A DNA stretch of 64,000 nucleotides. It comes from an uncultured Syntrophomonadaceae bacterium (lineage in GTDB: Bacteria > Bacillota > Dethiobacteria > DTU022). Below are positions 17,672 to 28,211 of the stretch, piece after piece; within the stretch, counting starts at the first letter, position 1, and each line of letters opens with the position of its first letter. A model generated the notes under the pieces. That model was not told the DNA's origin, searched no databases, and saw only the letters and a list, made by a program, of their open reading frames with translations. A program made the translations under genes and the position numbers. The stretch is from assembly GCA_964585925.1 (NCBI GenBank), contig CAZPFS010000005.1, forward strand, positions 4,808 through 68,807. Reading direction: 5' to 3'.

Positions 17672-18981
17672 AACAAAGGCTGACTACCCTTTTACTTGCG
17701 GTATTGGTATTGTCCAGTCTGGTTCTGACTTACCAGCTTTGGTACGGCCGCCACCGCTATGATCCGGTGGACCAAGAAGTCCCTGAAAGGGTATTTTTTG
17801 AAGCGCCCCGTTCACTGGCCGATATCATTACCCCGGAGCGGATCATAGTTGAGACCGGCAATGGATGCCATCTGCTCAGGCATGGGCAGGAATGTTTTAC
17901 ATTGGTCTGGGATGAGTTTTCCAGAGCCTTGCAGGACCTTGCCGGGTATGATTACCGGGCTACGGAATCACTGGAAGATGCCCGTTCGGTCATGAAAATA
18001 ATTTTTGATCCTTTGCTTCCCGTGGGTGCAGGCACTCCCTGGCTGGGTAATGACCGTTACCGTGAGATCAGCATGATCGAATTGTGGTCTTATGAGGATG
18101 AATCTTGGGCAGTTTTACACGAGCCCAGGGGGGGGGAGATGGCCCTGAGGCTGTCCGGGCTGCCGGCTGCTGCTATTCAGGGGATGATTCCCGAGGGTTT
18201 GCCCGATTATGGATTGTTGACACCCGATCTGCCCGGTTCCCTGTCTGCCGGCCGGCTTGCTCTGGAGGGGGAGCTGTATGTGCCTCTTTCCCCGGTAGTA
18301 ATCCCCGAGTTCAATTTACAAAAAGAATATCTGGACTGGGACCGGTTGGTGGATGCTTTTTTTGTGGATCGCGGATTGGTGCGAAAAATTCAGGAAAAAG
18401 GCGGCGCCGTGATCTACACAGACGGCACCAAGGGTTTAAGAATCAAACAGGGGGTAGGGTTTTCTGATCCCGTTCAGGAAAAGAGCTTTGTCGCTATTTC
18501 TTATTTATCCGCCTTGAGTGCCTGCAGTAAATATGTCTGCTCATATGGGGGATGGCCCGAGGAGCTGCGTTTACAAAAGCTGTCGATCGACAACAAAGGC
18601 CGTTACCCCCTATACCAGGCTTACCTGAAATATTACAGGGAAGGACTTCCTTTGGTGGGGGCCAACCAGGCCCTTTCACTGGTATTTGGCGGCAGCGGCC
18701 TGGTGGAATATTTTCGTATAGTCCATCTCTTTCAGCCATCCGGCAACGAGGTTTGTGAAATCAGCTCATATTCCCAGGCAATAGAGGAATCGGTGAATGT
18801 ATATTGCCGGCAATATGGGGAAACCGAACCTCTGGTGTTGGAGGAAATCGATCTGGTATATGCCGAGACCGGCCCCTCCTACCAACTTGTTGCTGTCCCG
18901 GCATGGCTTGTTCAAATAAACGGAAAACGGATCATGTTACATGCCGGAGAGCTGTCCCTGTTGGAAGGCGGGGGATCATGA
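17668..18981 (+). CDS. yycH: YycH-family regulator of the WalRK two-component system
   Basis: N-terminal TM (LLLAVLVLSSLVLTYQLW) and periplasmic domain; position after walK; TTGA overlap with the walK stop. Confidence 0.6.
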   Translation: MKQRLTTLLLAVLVLSSLVLTYQLWYGRHRYDPVDQEVPERVFFEAPRSLADIITPERIIVETGNGCHLLRHGQECFTLVWDEFSRALQDLAGYDYRATESLEDARSVMKIIFDPLLPVGAGTPWLGNDRYREISMIELWSYEDESWAVLHEPRGGEMALRLSGLPAAAIQGMIPEGLPDYGLLTPDLPGSLSAGRLALEGELYVPLSPVVIPEFNLQKEYLDWDRLVDAFFVDRGLVRKIQEKGGAVIYTDGTKGLRIKQGVGFSDPVQEKSFVAISYLSALSACSKYVCSYGGWPEELRLQKLSIDNKGRYPLYQAYLKYYREGLPLVGANQALSLVFGGSGLVEYFRIVHLFQPSGNEVCEISSYSQAIEESVNVYCRQYGETEPLVLEEIDLVYAETGPSYQLVAVPAWLVQINGKRIMLHAGELSLLEGGGS

Positions 18982-19859
18982 ACACGGTAAGAGCCAAGAT
19001 TGCGTTGATAGCGGCTTTCCTGGGCATAAATCTATTTTTGGTATATATCCTTTTTCAATCTGATTTCAGAGGAGCGCCTTCATCTGAACTGTCTGCAGAG
19101 AGATTAAAAAAGATCGAAAACATTATCCGGGACGCCGGGTATGTGCCGGAGATCCCTCTGGATCGGGCCATGCGGGCAGGGACCTTTATTACAGTGTCGC
19201 CGTATCCGGGACAACGTTCGTTGGTGGCTGAAGATGCATATTCTGTCACCAGCAAAGACCAATCGAATATTTACCATTGCCCGGGAAAAGAGGTCGAGTT
19301 TTATTCAGATGGGCGGACAGAGATCCGCTATATGCCGGGAGTGCCGCTGGATCTCCTGGGAGCGACTGAAGAGGCTGCCAGGCAACAGGTGGAGGCTTTT
19401 TTGAAGGACAATTTTTCTTTCCAGCAATTAAAATTTGATCTGATACAGGAAGGCGGCCCCGAGGAGAGAATTATTACCTATATTCAAGGTGTAGAGGGGG
19501 CGGGTTTATATTCCAGTTTTGTCAGGGCCACCGTCAAAGAGGGCGGTTTAGTATCGGTGGAATATTTCTGGCATAATGTTCTCGAAAGGCCACCACAGGA
19601 ACAGCCTATAAATATGATCTCATCGGCGGAGGCGCTGTTAAAACTTGTGGAGGAGTTGGGCTCTGCCGACCAGACCCGCCATATTATCCGGCTGGATCTG
19701 GGTTATTATTCCCAAGAATATGAGGCCGAACAATGGGACGTACCTCCAGTATGGCGGATTATCATAGATTACCGGCAAACTTATTATATCAATGCCTTTA
19801 CCGGTTATTTGGAACACAGTTTGAATATAAATGGGGATGGCGGAACTTTTCAATTCTAA
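18978..19859 (+). CDS. yycI: YycI-family regulator of the WalRK two-component system
   Basis: N-terminal TM (IALIAAFLGINLFLVYILF); about 290 aa; overlaps the yycH stop; conserved position. Confidence 0.6.
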   Translation: MNTVRAKIALIAAFLGINLFLVYILFQSDFRGAPSSELSAERLKKIENIIRDAGYVPEIPLDRAMRAGTFITVSPYPGQRSLVAEDAYSVTSKDQSNIYHCPGKEVEFYSDGRTEIRYMPGVPLDLLGATEEAARQQVEAFLKDNFSFQQLKFDLIQEGGPEERIITYIQGVEGAGLYSSFVRATVKEGGLVSVEYFWHNVLERPPQEQPINMISSAEALLKLVEELGSADQTRHIIRLDLGYYSQEYEAEQWDVPPVWRIIIDYRQTYYINAFTGYLEHSLNINGDGGTFQF

Positions 19860-19875
19860 TTTGGAGGAGGGGCAA

Positions 19876-21162
19876 ATGGAAGAATTATTGATTGCAGGTG
19901 GTCAGAAATTACAGGGCCAGGTAAAGATCAGCGGCTCGAAAAATGCAGCAGTAGCCATACTGCCCGCAGTGGTCATGACCAGAGAGACAGTTAAACTGCA
20001 CAACCTACCCGACATTATAGATGTCAGGGTGCTGATAGCCATCCTGGAAAATATGGGGGTGTTAATACGCAGGAGAGGCCGCAACTCAATTGAGTTGACA
20101 ACCAGGGGTTTAAAAGGTTATTCACCCCCTTATGATATGGTAAAAAAATTAAGGGCTTCCTACTATCTTATGGGCAGCCTGCTGGCGCGTTTTGGCCGGG
20201 CGGAGGTGCCTATCCCGGGCGGTTGTGATTTTGGACCTCGCCCGATTGATCAGCACCTAAAGGGTTTTTCGGCCCTGGGAGCCGAGATAGAGATTGAGCA
20301 CGGGCTGGTAAATCTTCAGGCAAAAAGGCTTCGGGGAGCCCATATTTATTTGGATGTGGTGAGTGTGGGCGCCACCATTAATTTGATGTTGGCGGCGGCA
20401 GCGGCGGAAGGTCAGACCATAATAGAGAATGCTGCCAAAGAACCCGAAATAGTAGATACTGCCAATTTCCTGAACGCCATGGGAGCCTCGATCAGGGGTG
20501 CCGGAACAGATGTAATTAGAATTGAGGGGGTTGATACTTTTTCCAGTGTCAACCATACTATTATCCCTGATCGCATAGAAGCCGGAACTTTCATGGTAGC
20601 AGCAGTAGCCACCGACGGAGAAATTGTGGTGGAAGATGTTATTCCCAAGCACCTGGAGGCGATAACGGCCAAACTCAGGGAGGTGGGGGCGGAAATTGAT
20701 CTGCAGGCGGACCGGGTTCAAATTAAACGAGGTCCAAAATTGCTGCCGGTGGATGTCAAGACCTTTGCTTACCCCGGGTTTCCCACTGATTTACAGCCGT
20801 TATTGATGACCTTGCTCACTGCTGCTGACGGAACCAGTGTAATTACCGAAAATGTATTTGAAACCAGGTTTCGTCATGTAGATGAATTGAAACGCATGGG
20901 GGCCCAGATCAAAGTAGAGGGCCGCACGGCGGTAATTGAGGGAGGAACCCCTCTTACCGGAGCCCCGGTGAAGGCCACTGATTTGAGGGCCGGCGCGGCC
21001 TTGCTGGTGGGAGGCTTTATGGCGCGGGGAGAGACCGTCTTGACTGGAGCAGAACAGATCTACCGGGGTTATGAAAACATAGAAGACAAATTGACAAAAT
21101 TGGGAGCCGATCTCAGGCACGTCCGGGGGGATCTGTTCGGCAACACCGGGGAGAGTTGCTGA
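19876..21162 (+). CDS. murA: UDP-N-acetylglucosamine 1-carboxyvinyltransferase (first of two copies)
   Basis: Sequence KISGSKNAAVAILPA...active-site Cys region (PGGCDFGPRPIDQH)...FPTDLQ; 428 aa. Confidence 0.9.
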   Translation: MEELLIAGGQKLQGQVKISGSKNAAVAILPAVVMTRETVKLHNLPDIIDVRVLIAILENMGVLIRRRGRNSIELTTRGLKGYSPPYDMVKKLRASYYLMGSLLARFGRAEVPIPGGCDFGPRPIDQHLKGFSALGAEIEIEHGLVNLQAKRLRGAHIYLDVVSVGATINLMLAAAAAEGQTIIENAAKEPEIVDTANFLNAMGASIRGAGTDVIRIEGVDTFSSVNHTIIPDRIEAGTFMVAAVATDGEIVVEDVIPKHLEAITAKLREVGAEIDLQADRVQIKRGPKLLPVDVKTFAYPGFPTDLQPLLMTLLTAADGTSVITENVFETRFRHVDELKRMGAQIKVEGRTAVIEGGTPLTGAPVKATDLRAGAALLVGGFMARGETVLTGAEQIYRGYENIEDKLTKLGADLRHVRGDLFGNTGESC

Positions 21163-21761
21163 TGGAACTATGGTTAGTCCGGCACGGTACAACCCAAGCC
21201 AACCGGGAGCAGCGTTTTCAGGGACAGTTGAACACCCTTTTGTCACCGGCAGGGAGACAGGAATCCGAGCGGATAGCCCGCCGTCTCAGCCATTTTTGTC
21301 CCGATTGGTTTTTTAGCAGTGATCTAAAGCGAGCCTGGGACACGGCACTGATCATTTCCCGGGAAATAAAGGTTAAAGTAAACCCATGGGCCCTGCTGCG
21401 GGAATGTTCCTGGGGCATAATTGAAGGAATGACCCGCCGGGATGTGGAGAAAGCCTATCCCGGTCTGAGACTTTCCGGTCTCCCGGCAGCCATACCCGGG
21501 GCAGAACGAAAGCGCCGGCTGATGGTGAGAGCCAGATCAGTGATATCCACCCTGGTTTTTATTGCCGGCAGTAACTGCAAAGTGTTGATGGTAAGCCACG
21601 GGCGCTTTATCAACGCCCTGATTTCCACCTGCCTGGATCTGCGGGCAAGGGATTTCTGGCCCTTTTGTCCGGCCCCTGCTTCATTGTCCATTTTGTGCAA
21701 TCGGGCAGGTAAAAATAAATTTGATTTGGTAAGATTTAACGATTGCGATCATCTGCGCTAA
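21162..21761 (+). CDS. Histidine phosphatase family protein (phosphoglycerate mutase-like)
   Basis: RHG catalytic motif (LWLVRHGTTQAN) and a C-terminal SHG motif. Confidence 0.7.
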   Translation: MELWLVRHGTTQANREQRFQGQLNTLLSPAGRQESERIARRLSHFCPDWFFSSDLKRAWDTALIISREIKVKVNPWALLRECSWGIIEGMTRRDVEKAYPGLRLSGLPAAIPGAERKRRLMVRARSVISTLVFIAGSNCKVLMVSHGRFINALISTCLDLRARDFWPFCPAPASLSILCNRAGKNKFDLVRFNDCDHLR

Positions 21762-21844
21762 ACGATTTTGCCAACTTTCCACAGTTGAGTTAAACTTGTA
21801 CCTGCAAGAAAAAAATATTTACTGGCCGGGAGGTAGCAACACTG

Positions 21845-22951
21845 ATGAATTTCTACGAAGGGTTTGATCCTCCCCCCCGCCGGGGGAGCTCGCCTTTGAC
21901 CTGGCTGGCGGTTGCGCTGGTAGGAGGCATCGTGGGGGCGGGTATATTCTGGGGTTTGAGCAGTCATTATGGGCTGCCGGGCCGGGAATCTGCAGAGCCA
22001 CAGCCGCCGGTTTCAACCCATCTGGAAATAACGGGGGGCGATGCGGCGGCGCAGGCGGTGGAAAAAGCCAAGCCGACAGTGGTGGGTGTCAACAATTACA
22101 GTTATGCCTACCGGGGCGGGCAAAAGGTATTGATGGAACAGGGCTCAGGATCGGGTGTTATTATCAGTGCAGACGGATATATTGTCACCAACCAGCATGT
22201 GATCAATCGGGCGGATGAAATTACGGTGATCTTGTCCAATGCCGAGATCCTTCCCGCGGTGCTGGTGGGGCAGGATGAATTGACCGATCTGGCTCTGTTA
22301 AAAGTGGATCGGGGCAATTTACCGTATCTTGGCCTGGGCGATTCTTCAAAATTAAGGGTGGGGGAAACTGCAATAGCTATTGGAAATCCCTTGGGATATT
22401 TTCAGCAAACCGCAACCGGGGGAATGGTCAGCGCGGTAGAGCGGCAGGTGAACATGTCCGACAGCAGTTACTCCTATACCTACATCCAGACTGATGCCGC
22501 TATCAACCCCGGCAACAGCGGCGGTCCTTTGATCAACTTGAAGGGGGAAATTATTGGGATCAATTCAGCCAAGATCAGAGAGGTGGGGGTGGAAGGGATC
22601 GGGTTTGCCATTCCCTGCAATACCGTGAAGCGGGTAATTAGCGATTTTCAGGATTTTGGAAGGGTCAAACGTCCACAACTGGGCATATTGGTCCGGGATT
22701 ATGCGCGGGAGACCGGTGTGATGTCCGACTTGGGCGTATATGTGAGTGAGGTGTTTGACGGGAGCCCGGCCCGGGCCGGAGGGCTGCAGGAGGGTGATGT
22801 GATTATCGGCGTGGGGGATCGGGATGTAAATTATTCCGCCCAGCTATTTGACGCCCTGCTGAAATATTACCCTGGAGATACGGTTAATCTGAATGTGGTT
22901 AGAAATGACGTTGCAATCATGGTTTCAGTCGAGCTTTCGGAAATGAAGTGA
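21845..22951 (+). CDS. HtrA/DegP-family trypsin-like serine protease with TM anchor and PDZ domain (YycK/HtrC-like)
   Basis: Catalytic triad context (TNQHV; DLALLKV; GNSGGPL) and a C-terminal PDZ. Confidence 0.8.
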   Translation: MNFYEGFDPPPRRGSSPLTWLAVALVGGIVGAGIFWGLSSHYGLPGRESAEPQPPVSTHLEITGGDAAAQAVEKAKPTVVGVNNYSYAYRGGQKVLMEQGSGSGVIISADGYIVTNQHVINRADEITVILSNAEILPAVLVGQDELTDLALLKVDRGNLPYLGLGDSSKLRVGETAIAIGNPLGYFQQTATGGMVSAVERQVNMSDSSYSYTYIQTDAAINPGNSGGPLINLKGEIIGINSAKIREVGVEGIGFAIPCNTVKRVISDFQDFGRVKRPQLGILVRDYARETGVMSDLGVYVSEVFDGSPARAGGLQEGDVIIGVGDRDVNYSAQLFDALLKYYPGDTVNLNVVRNDVAIMVSVELSEMK

Positions 22952-23580
22952 TGGGAGGGGGAATTGTGATTTTTGGATCCCTCATTGTGGGGATACTTAA
23001 CACCAATTGTTATCTGCTGGGTTGTTCTCAAACCGGACAGGCAGTGGTCGTAGATCCGGGTTTTGAAGGGGAAAAGATCATCAGGGAGATCCGCCGTCTG
23101 GAGCTCCAAGTGAAATATATTGTCAATACCCACGGGCACATTGATCATATTTCTGCCAATTCAAAGCTTAAAGAGGCCACGGGGGGATTGATATGTTTGC
23201 ATGAAAGGGATTTGCCATTATATCTAAATCCGTCATTCGGGATTTCGGTGGCGGCGGAAAAACAGCCGGATCCGGATCGGCTGGTGGCGGAAGGGGACCG
23301 GATTGTATTTGGCCAGGCAGAGCTGGAGGTGTTGGAAACACCGGGGCATACTGAGGGGGGAATTTCCCTGCTGGGCTCCGGATTGGTGTTTACCGGGGAT
23401 ACTCTGTTCGCAGGATCTGTTGGTCGCACCGATTTGCCGGGAGGCAACTGGGAACAACTGTTGCAGAGCATTCGCCGCAAATTGATGGTATTACCTGAAC
23501 AGACCAGGGTTTACCCGGGGCATGGCCCCGATTCCACCATCATCCGGGAAAAAAAGGCTAATCCTTTTTTAAAAGAGTGA
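22948..23580 (+). CDS. MBL-fold metallo-hydrolase
   Basis: HxHxDH motif (NTHGHIDHIS) plus downstream His/Asp metal ligands; about 210 aa. Confidence 0.75.
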   Translation: MMGGGIVIFGSLIVGILNTNCYLLGCSQTGQAVVVDPGFEGEKIIREIRRLELQVKYIVNTHGHIDHISANSKLKEATGGLICLHERDLPLYLNPSFGISVAAEKQPDPDRLVAEGDRIVFGQAELEVLETPGHTEGGISLLGSGLVFTGDTLFAGSVGRTDLPGGNWEQLLQSIRRKLMVLPEQTRVYPGHGPDSTIIREKKANPFLKE

Positions 23581-23671
23581 AAAAAGATCCGGCTGGGGCG
23601 AGAATGTATAAACTATCATTCCACGACCGGGCTGGTAAACTGTTGCCGGGCTTGCTGCCGGCAGCCACCGC

Positions 23672-25681
23672 TTACTGCTGGTAATGAGATCGTCCGGTCA
23701 GCCAGGGCCATCTATAATCTGGAAGACAATGAGGGCAGTTTAAAAAATTGCATTCTTCCACGGGGGCGGTACCGGCTACAAAATATTCTTGTTTGCCGGG
23801 CCCGTTGCATTCGGAACTCTGTAGAAGACCGCTGTCGAGGCAAAGGGTTTTCTGGATTACCCCCGGAGGAACCGGGAAATCCCGGGGAGGGATTCCCGCC
23901 AGGGCTGTTTCCATGAATTCTGCCCACAAGGGAGCCGCCAGCTCCCCACCGGTGGTGCCCAGAGGCAATTCAAAATCGTCGCCGATATAGAGACCGGCCA
24001 ATAGATCCGGGGTATAGCCGATCATGTGCGCATTTATACCGGCTTGAGAAGTGCCTGACTTTCCAGCGGCGGGACGCTGTAAAATATGGCCGGCGCTGGA
24101 GGCGGTTCCTCCTTCCGCCAGCACACCGGTCAGCATGTCGGTAAGTACAAAAGCGACATTTTCATCCAGGACCTTGCTGCGGTGGGGATGATTTTCCAGC
24201 AGCACATTTCCCCGGGAATCTAGTATTTTTCGAATAGCTATCGGCTCCACTCTCATGCCGCCGTTGGTAAAGGGGGCAAAGGCGGCGGTCAGCTCCAGCA
24301 AGGTAACTTCCGCCGTTCCTAGCGGCAAAGAATAATAGCTGTTTACCGGGCTGTGGATACCCAGACGGGAGGCAATCTCTACTGTTTTCTCCGGTCCGAT
24401 ATCAATGAAGGCCTTTATGGCTGCTATATTGCATGATCTGGCTATGGCCTCCCGGATTGTAAGCTCGCGGTAATGAAAACCGCCCCCATAATCAGCAGGT
24501 TCATAGGACCCACCGGAGGAAGGCTCGGGCAAAGAAATCGGTTCACAGAGATAAGTGGTAGCAGCTGTTTTCCCCTGTTCAAGAGCTGCTGCATATACAA
24601 AGGGTTTAAAAGCCGAACCGGGTGAACGCAGTGAGAATACCCGGTTTAACTGGGTTTCTGAAAAATCACGGCCTCCCACCAGCGCTTTAATGTAGCCGTT
24701 CTCCGGATCAATGGCTACCAATGCCGCCTGCGGCTGGCGGCAGCCCTGCTGATCAATTCTGAGCTGGGGAATGCCGGCAATAGCCTGTTCGGCCGCCTGC
24801 TGCATGGTTGGGTCCAAGGTGGTGTAAATTTCCAGACCCCTGCTGCAGATATCGTTAACCTTGCCGTCAAAAAGCCGTGCCAGTTCCACATTTATAATAT
24901 AATCCACAAAATAGGCGGATCGTTCCTGCAACTCAGGTTTATGGAAGGTCAATACTTCATCCAGGGCAGCCTGTTTTTCCTGTTCGGTTATAAACCCTTC
25001 CTGGACCATGGCTTGCAGGACGCTTTTTTGACGGTTTGTCGCCGCTTCGGGGTTGATCAGCGGTGAGTAGTAGGAAGGGCCTTTGGGCAGGCCGGCCAGA
25101 AGGGCGGCTTCCGCCAGGGAAAGATCGGCCGCACTTTTGGCCAAATAACACCTGGCAGCAGCTTCGATTCCGTAGGCCGAATGACCATAATAAATAGTGT
25201 TGAGGTAGCGCTCCAAAATTTCATCCTTGTGGTAACAGTGCTCCAGTCGAACGGTGTAGGCGGCCTCTTTGATTTTTCTGATCAACGTTCGTTCATTGGT
25301 TAGATATAAATTTTTTGCCAATTGTTGGGTGATGGTGCTCCCCCCTTGAGAAAAGCGCCTCTGCTTTAAATCATTCAGTAAGGCTCTTCCGAACCCGGAG
25401 AGGTCAAAACCCCTATGCCTGTAAAACCGGCGGTCCTCTATGGCCAGGGTAGCTTGGATTACTTGCGCGGGAATTTCCTCCAGGGGTATTTCCAGACGAT
25501 TTTCAATGTACCGCACGGCCAAAAGCTCATCTTGACCGTCATAGATTCGGGTGGTTAGCGGAACCTGTATCTGCTCCATCCCGCCGGAAGTAACCAGGGT
25601 GTATACAAAAAAACTAAAACTTAAAGACAGCGCGATCAGCCCTGCAACGACCAGCATCAGCAATATTTTGATCAGCTTCAT
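23672..25681 (-). CDS. Class A penicillin-binding protein (PBP1A-type glycosyltransferase + transpeptidase) with a Cys-rich C-terminal tail
   Basis: N-terminal TM; GT51 motifs (EDRRFYRHRGFD, GGSTITQQLAKN); transpeptidase motifs (SAFKP, SCN, KSGT); C-terminal 56 aa carry six Cys including CPHC. Confidence 0.85.
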   Translation of the reverse strand: MKLIKILLMLVVAGLIALSLSFSFFVYTLVTSGGMEQIQVPLTTRIYDGQDELLAVRYIENRLEIPLEEIPAQVIQATLAIEDRRFYRHRGFDLSGFGRALLNDLKQRRFSQGGSTITQQLAKNLYLTNERTLIRKIKEAAYTVRLEHCYHKDEILERYLNTIYYGHSAYGIEAAARCYLAKSAADLSLAEAALLAGLPKGPSYYSPLINPEAATNRQKSVLQAMVQEGFITEQEKQAALDEVLTFHKPELQERSAYFVDYIINVELARLFDGKVNDICSRGLEIYTTLDPTMQQAAEQAIAGIPQLRIDQQGCRQPQAALVAIDPENGYIKALVGGRDFSETQLNRVFSLRSPGSAFKPFVYAAALEQGKTAATTYLCEPISLPEPSSGGSYEPADYGGGFHYRELTIREAIARSCNIAAIKAFIDIGPEKTVEIASRLGIHSPVNSYYSLPLGTAEVTLLELTAAFAPFTNGGMRVEPIAIRKILDSRGNVLLENHPHRSKVLDENVAFVLTDMLTGVLAEGGTASSAGHILQRPAAGKSGTSQAGINAHMIGYTPDLLAGLYIGDDFELPLGTTGGELAAPLWAEFMETALAGIPPRDFPVPPGVIQKTLCLDSGLLQSSECNGPGKQEYFVAGTAPVEECNFLNCPHCLPDYRWPWLTGRSHYQQ

Positions 25682-25935
25682 AAAGAGCACTCCCGGCCTG
25701 GCAAGATAAAGGCTATAAATAGTTATTATGGCTCATAACTGGGGAAATAATAAGCAGAGGAAATATTTTATTGACCAGAAGCAGGGATTATCGGTTTTGA
25801 AGAGAATTTTTTACCAAAGGGGTTAATGAAATTCGTAATTCATCAAGCTTCCGTTTGGTTTGCCTTACCTCATTCCCCGTTTAAGGCAATGTACAGTTAG
25901 CAAACCACAAACAACCATCGCAAGGAGGTTATTAA

Positions 25936-26592
25936 TTGCAATTATTTTTGGATACAGCCAATGTTGACGAGATCAGGCAGGCTGTACAGTGGGGAGTGAT
26001 CGCGGGGGTAACTACCAATCCTTCCCTGGCTTCCAAAGAAAAAGAAAGTTTTATGGATATCCTGCCGAAAATTTGCAAGATGGTCAAGGGTCCGGTTAGC
26101 GCCGAAGTAATATCCGGGGAGTGGCAGGATATGGTGGAGGAGGCCCGGCTGCTGGCGGCGGTAGCCGAAAATGTGGTGGTAAAGATCCCGGTTACCTGGA
26201 ATGGACTGCGGGCGGTAAAGATCCTTGCCGGGGAGGGGATAAAGACCAATGTCACGCTGGTGTTCACCGTTAATCAGGCGTTGTTGGCTGCCCGGGCCGG
26301 GGCGTCTTATGTAAGTCCCTTTTTGGGGCGGTTGGATGATATTGGCGAAAGCGGCATTTCCCTGCTCAGGGATATGGCGGCCCTGTTTGAACGGCACCGG
26401 ATTGACACCCGGATTATTGCCGCCAGCATCCGCCATACTGAACATGTCACCCAGGCGGCGTTGGCCGGCGCACCGGTAGCCACGATTCCCTACCAGGTCC
26501 TCTGCCAAATGGTGATCCACCCCTTGACGGATCGGGGGTTGGAAAAATTCATGGCTGACTGGCAAAAGTCATCGGTAAATGTAAACCGTTAA
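25936..26592 (+). CDS. tal: Transaldolase / fructose-6-phosphate aldolase family (short form)
   Basis: FLDTANVDEIR N-terminus; Schiff-base lysine context (VVVKIP); 218 aa; TTG start with RBS AAGGAGG. Confidence 0.85.
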   Translation: MQLFLDTANVDEIRQAVQWGVIAGVTTNPSLASKEKESFMDILPKICKMVKGPVSAEVISGEWQDMVEEARLLAAVAENVVVKIPVTWNGLRAVKILAGEGIKTNVTLVFTVNQALLAARAGASYVSPFLGRLDDIGESGISLLRDMAALFERHRIDTRIIAASIRHTEHVTQAALAGAPVATIPYQVLCQMVIHPLTDRGLEKFMADWQKSSVNVNR

Positions 26593-26883
26593 ATGCTCTC
26601 CCAGGCAAAAAATTGGAATAAATCTGTCCTGAACCGAACATAATTATCTATATGGAATCCTGTGCAGTGGTAAGACAATTGCCCCAGTTGGAAAACACCA
26701 CAATAGGTTTTTATTAGTTTATATTCACCGGCTGCATAAACTCAATCAGGATACCCCTTGTATACATCCCGGTTTTTTGGAAAATGAGGCCATTGACCAA
26801 GAAAAAATACGTAAAGTGCATGAATATTGTTTCTCCCGGTACGGCTACATTGCCGCTAAACACAGAAGGTGGTGAAATTGTAA

Positions 26884-28128
26884 TTGGAAGTTGATCAAAT
26901 AAAGGAGATGAATTTGAGCCAGTTGCAGCAACTGGCCAGGGAGCAGGGAATCAAGGCTTATTATACCATGCGCAAACCGGCGCTGGTGGATACGTTGACC
27001 AAAATGTTTGCTGCCGACAAGGAACAAGCCACTGCCTCCGGTATTCTGGAGATCATGAATGAGGGGTTTGGTTTTCTGAGGAGACAGCACTATTATTACT
27101 CTGATGATGATATTTACATCTCTGCCTCCCAGATCCGCCGGTTTAATCTTCGAAATGGTGATCTGGTAAGTGGTGTTATCCGCCCCCCCAAGGATAATGA
27201 GCGCTACAATGCCCTGTTGCAGGTAGAGGAAATTAACGGGAAAGATCCGGAATCATTTGCCAACAGAAGCAATTTTACTTCTTTAATACCGGTTCACCCC
27301 CGTCAGCAGCTGCAGATGGAAACCGCGCCTCACATCCTGTCTACGAGAGTTATCGATCTGTTGATGCCGATTGGCAAAGGCCAGCGGGGACTGATTGTGT
27401 CCCCTCCCAAGGCCGGCAAGACAGTGCTGCTCAAGCAGATTGCCAACAGTATATCCACCAACCACCCGGAAGTAAAACTGATTATTTTACTGATTGACGA
27501 ACGCCCGGAAGAGGTTACAGATATGGAGCGCAGCGTCAATGCGGATGTGGTCAGTTCTACATTTGATCAAAGACCGGAAAACCATATCCATATCGCCGAA
27601 CTGGTTCTGGATCGGGCACAGCGGCTGGTGGAAATGGGTGGAGATGTAGCAATTTTACTGGACAGCATTACCCGCCTGGCCCGGGCCTACAACCTGGTTA
27701 TACCGCCCAGCGGGCGCACCCTGTCCGGAGGGATTGATCCGGCGGCATTTTATAAACCGAAACGTTTCTTTGGAGCAGCCCGAAATATTGACCAAGGAGG
27801 AAGCCTGACAATTATGGCCACAGCTTTGGTTGATACCGGCAGCCGGATGGATGACGTGATCTATGAAGAATTCAAAGGCACCGGGAACATGGAGCTGCAT
27901 TTGGATCGGCGGATAGCCGACCGCCGTGTTTTTCCGGCCATCGACATTTTACGTTCGGGCACCCGCCGGGAAGAGCTGCTGTTGGATGAACATAAGTTGG
28001 AGCTGATGTGGGCTTTACGCAGGGCCATGGGGAATACTTCCAGCGCGGAATTTTTGGAAATTATCCTCAACAAATTACGCCAAACAGAAAGCAATGAGGA
28101 GTTTTTAGGCAGTATGCATAATCTTTAA
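26884..28128 (+). CDS. rho: Transcription termination factor Rho
   Basis: N-terminal RNA-binding OB domain ([14 protein letters not shown]); Walker A (PPKAGKT); ATPase core; long untranslated leader upstream; start could be TTG 26884 or ATG 26908. Confidence 0.9.
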   Translation: MEVDQIKEMNLSQLQQLAREQGIKAYYTMRKPALVDTLTKMFAADKEQATASGILEIMNEGFGFLRRQHYYYSDDDIYISASQIRRFNLRNGDLVSGVIRPPKDNERYNALLQVEEINGKDPESFANRSNFTSLIPVHPRQQLQMETAPHILSTRVIDLLMPIGKGQRGLIVSPPKAGKTVLLKQIANSISTNHPEVKLIILLIDERPEEVTDMERSVNADVVSSTFDQRPENHIHIAELVLDRAQRLVEMGGDVAILLDSITRLARAYNLVIPPSGRTLSGGIDPAAFYKPKRFFGAARNIDQGGSLTIMATALVDTGSRMDDVIYEEFKGTGNMELHLDRRIADRRVFPAIDILRSGTRREELLLDEHKLELMWALRRAMGNTSSAEFLEIILNKLRQTESNEEFLGSMHNL

Positions 28129-28211
28129 GCAACCGCATGGAACGGCTACAGGTATATTTTACAACCTGAACTCGCAGAATAATCTTAAATTGTGCGAAGG
28201 AGAAGATAGCC

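Noticed and set aside
26593-26883. Long non-coding stretch upstream of rho, considered as a riboswitch
   Set aside because: Long C-rich/structured leaders are expected for rho autoregulation, and no specific riboswitch consensus was recognised.
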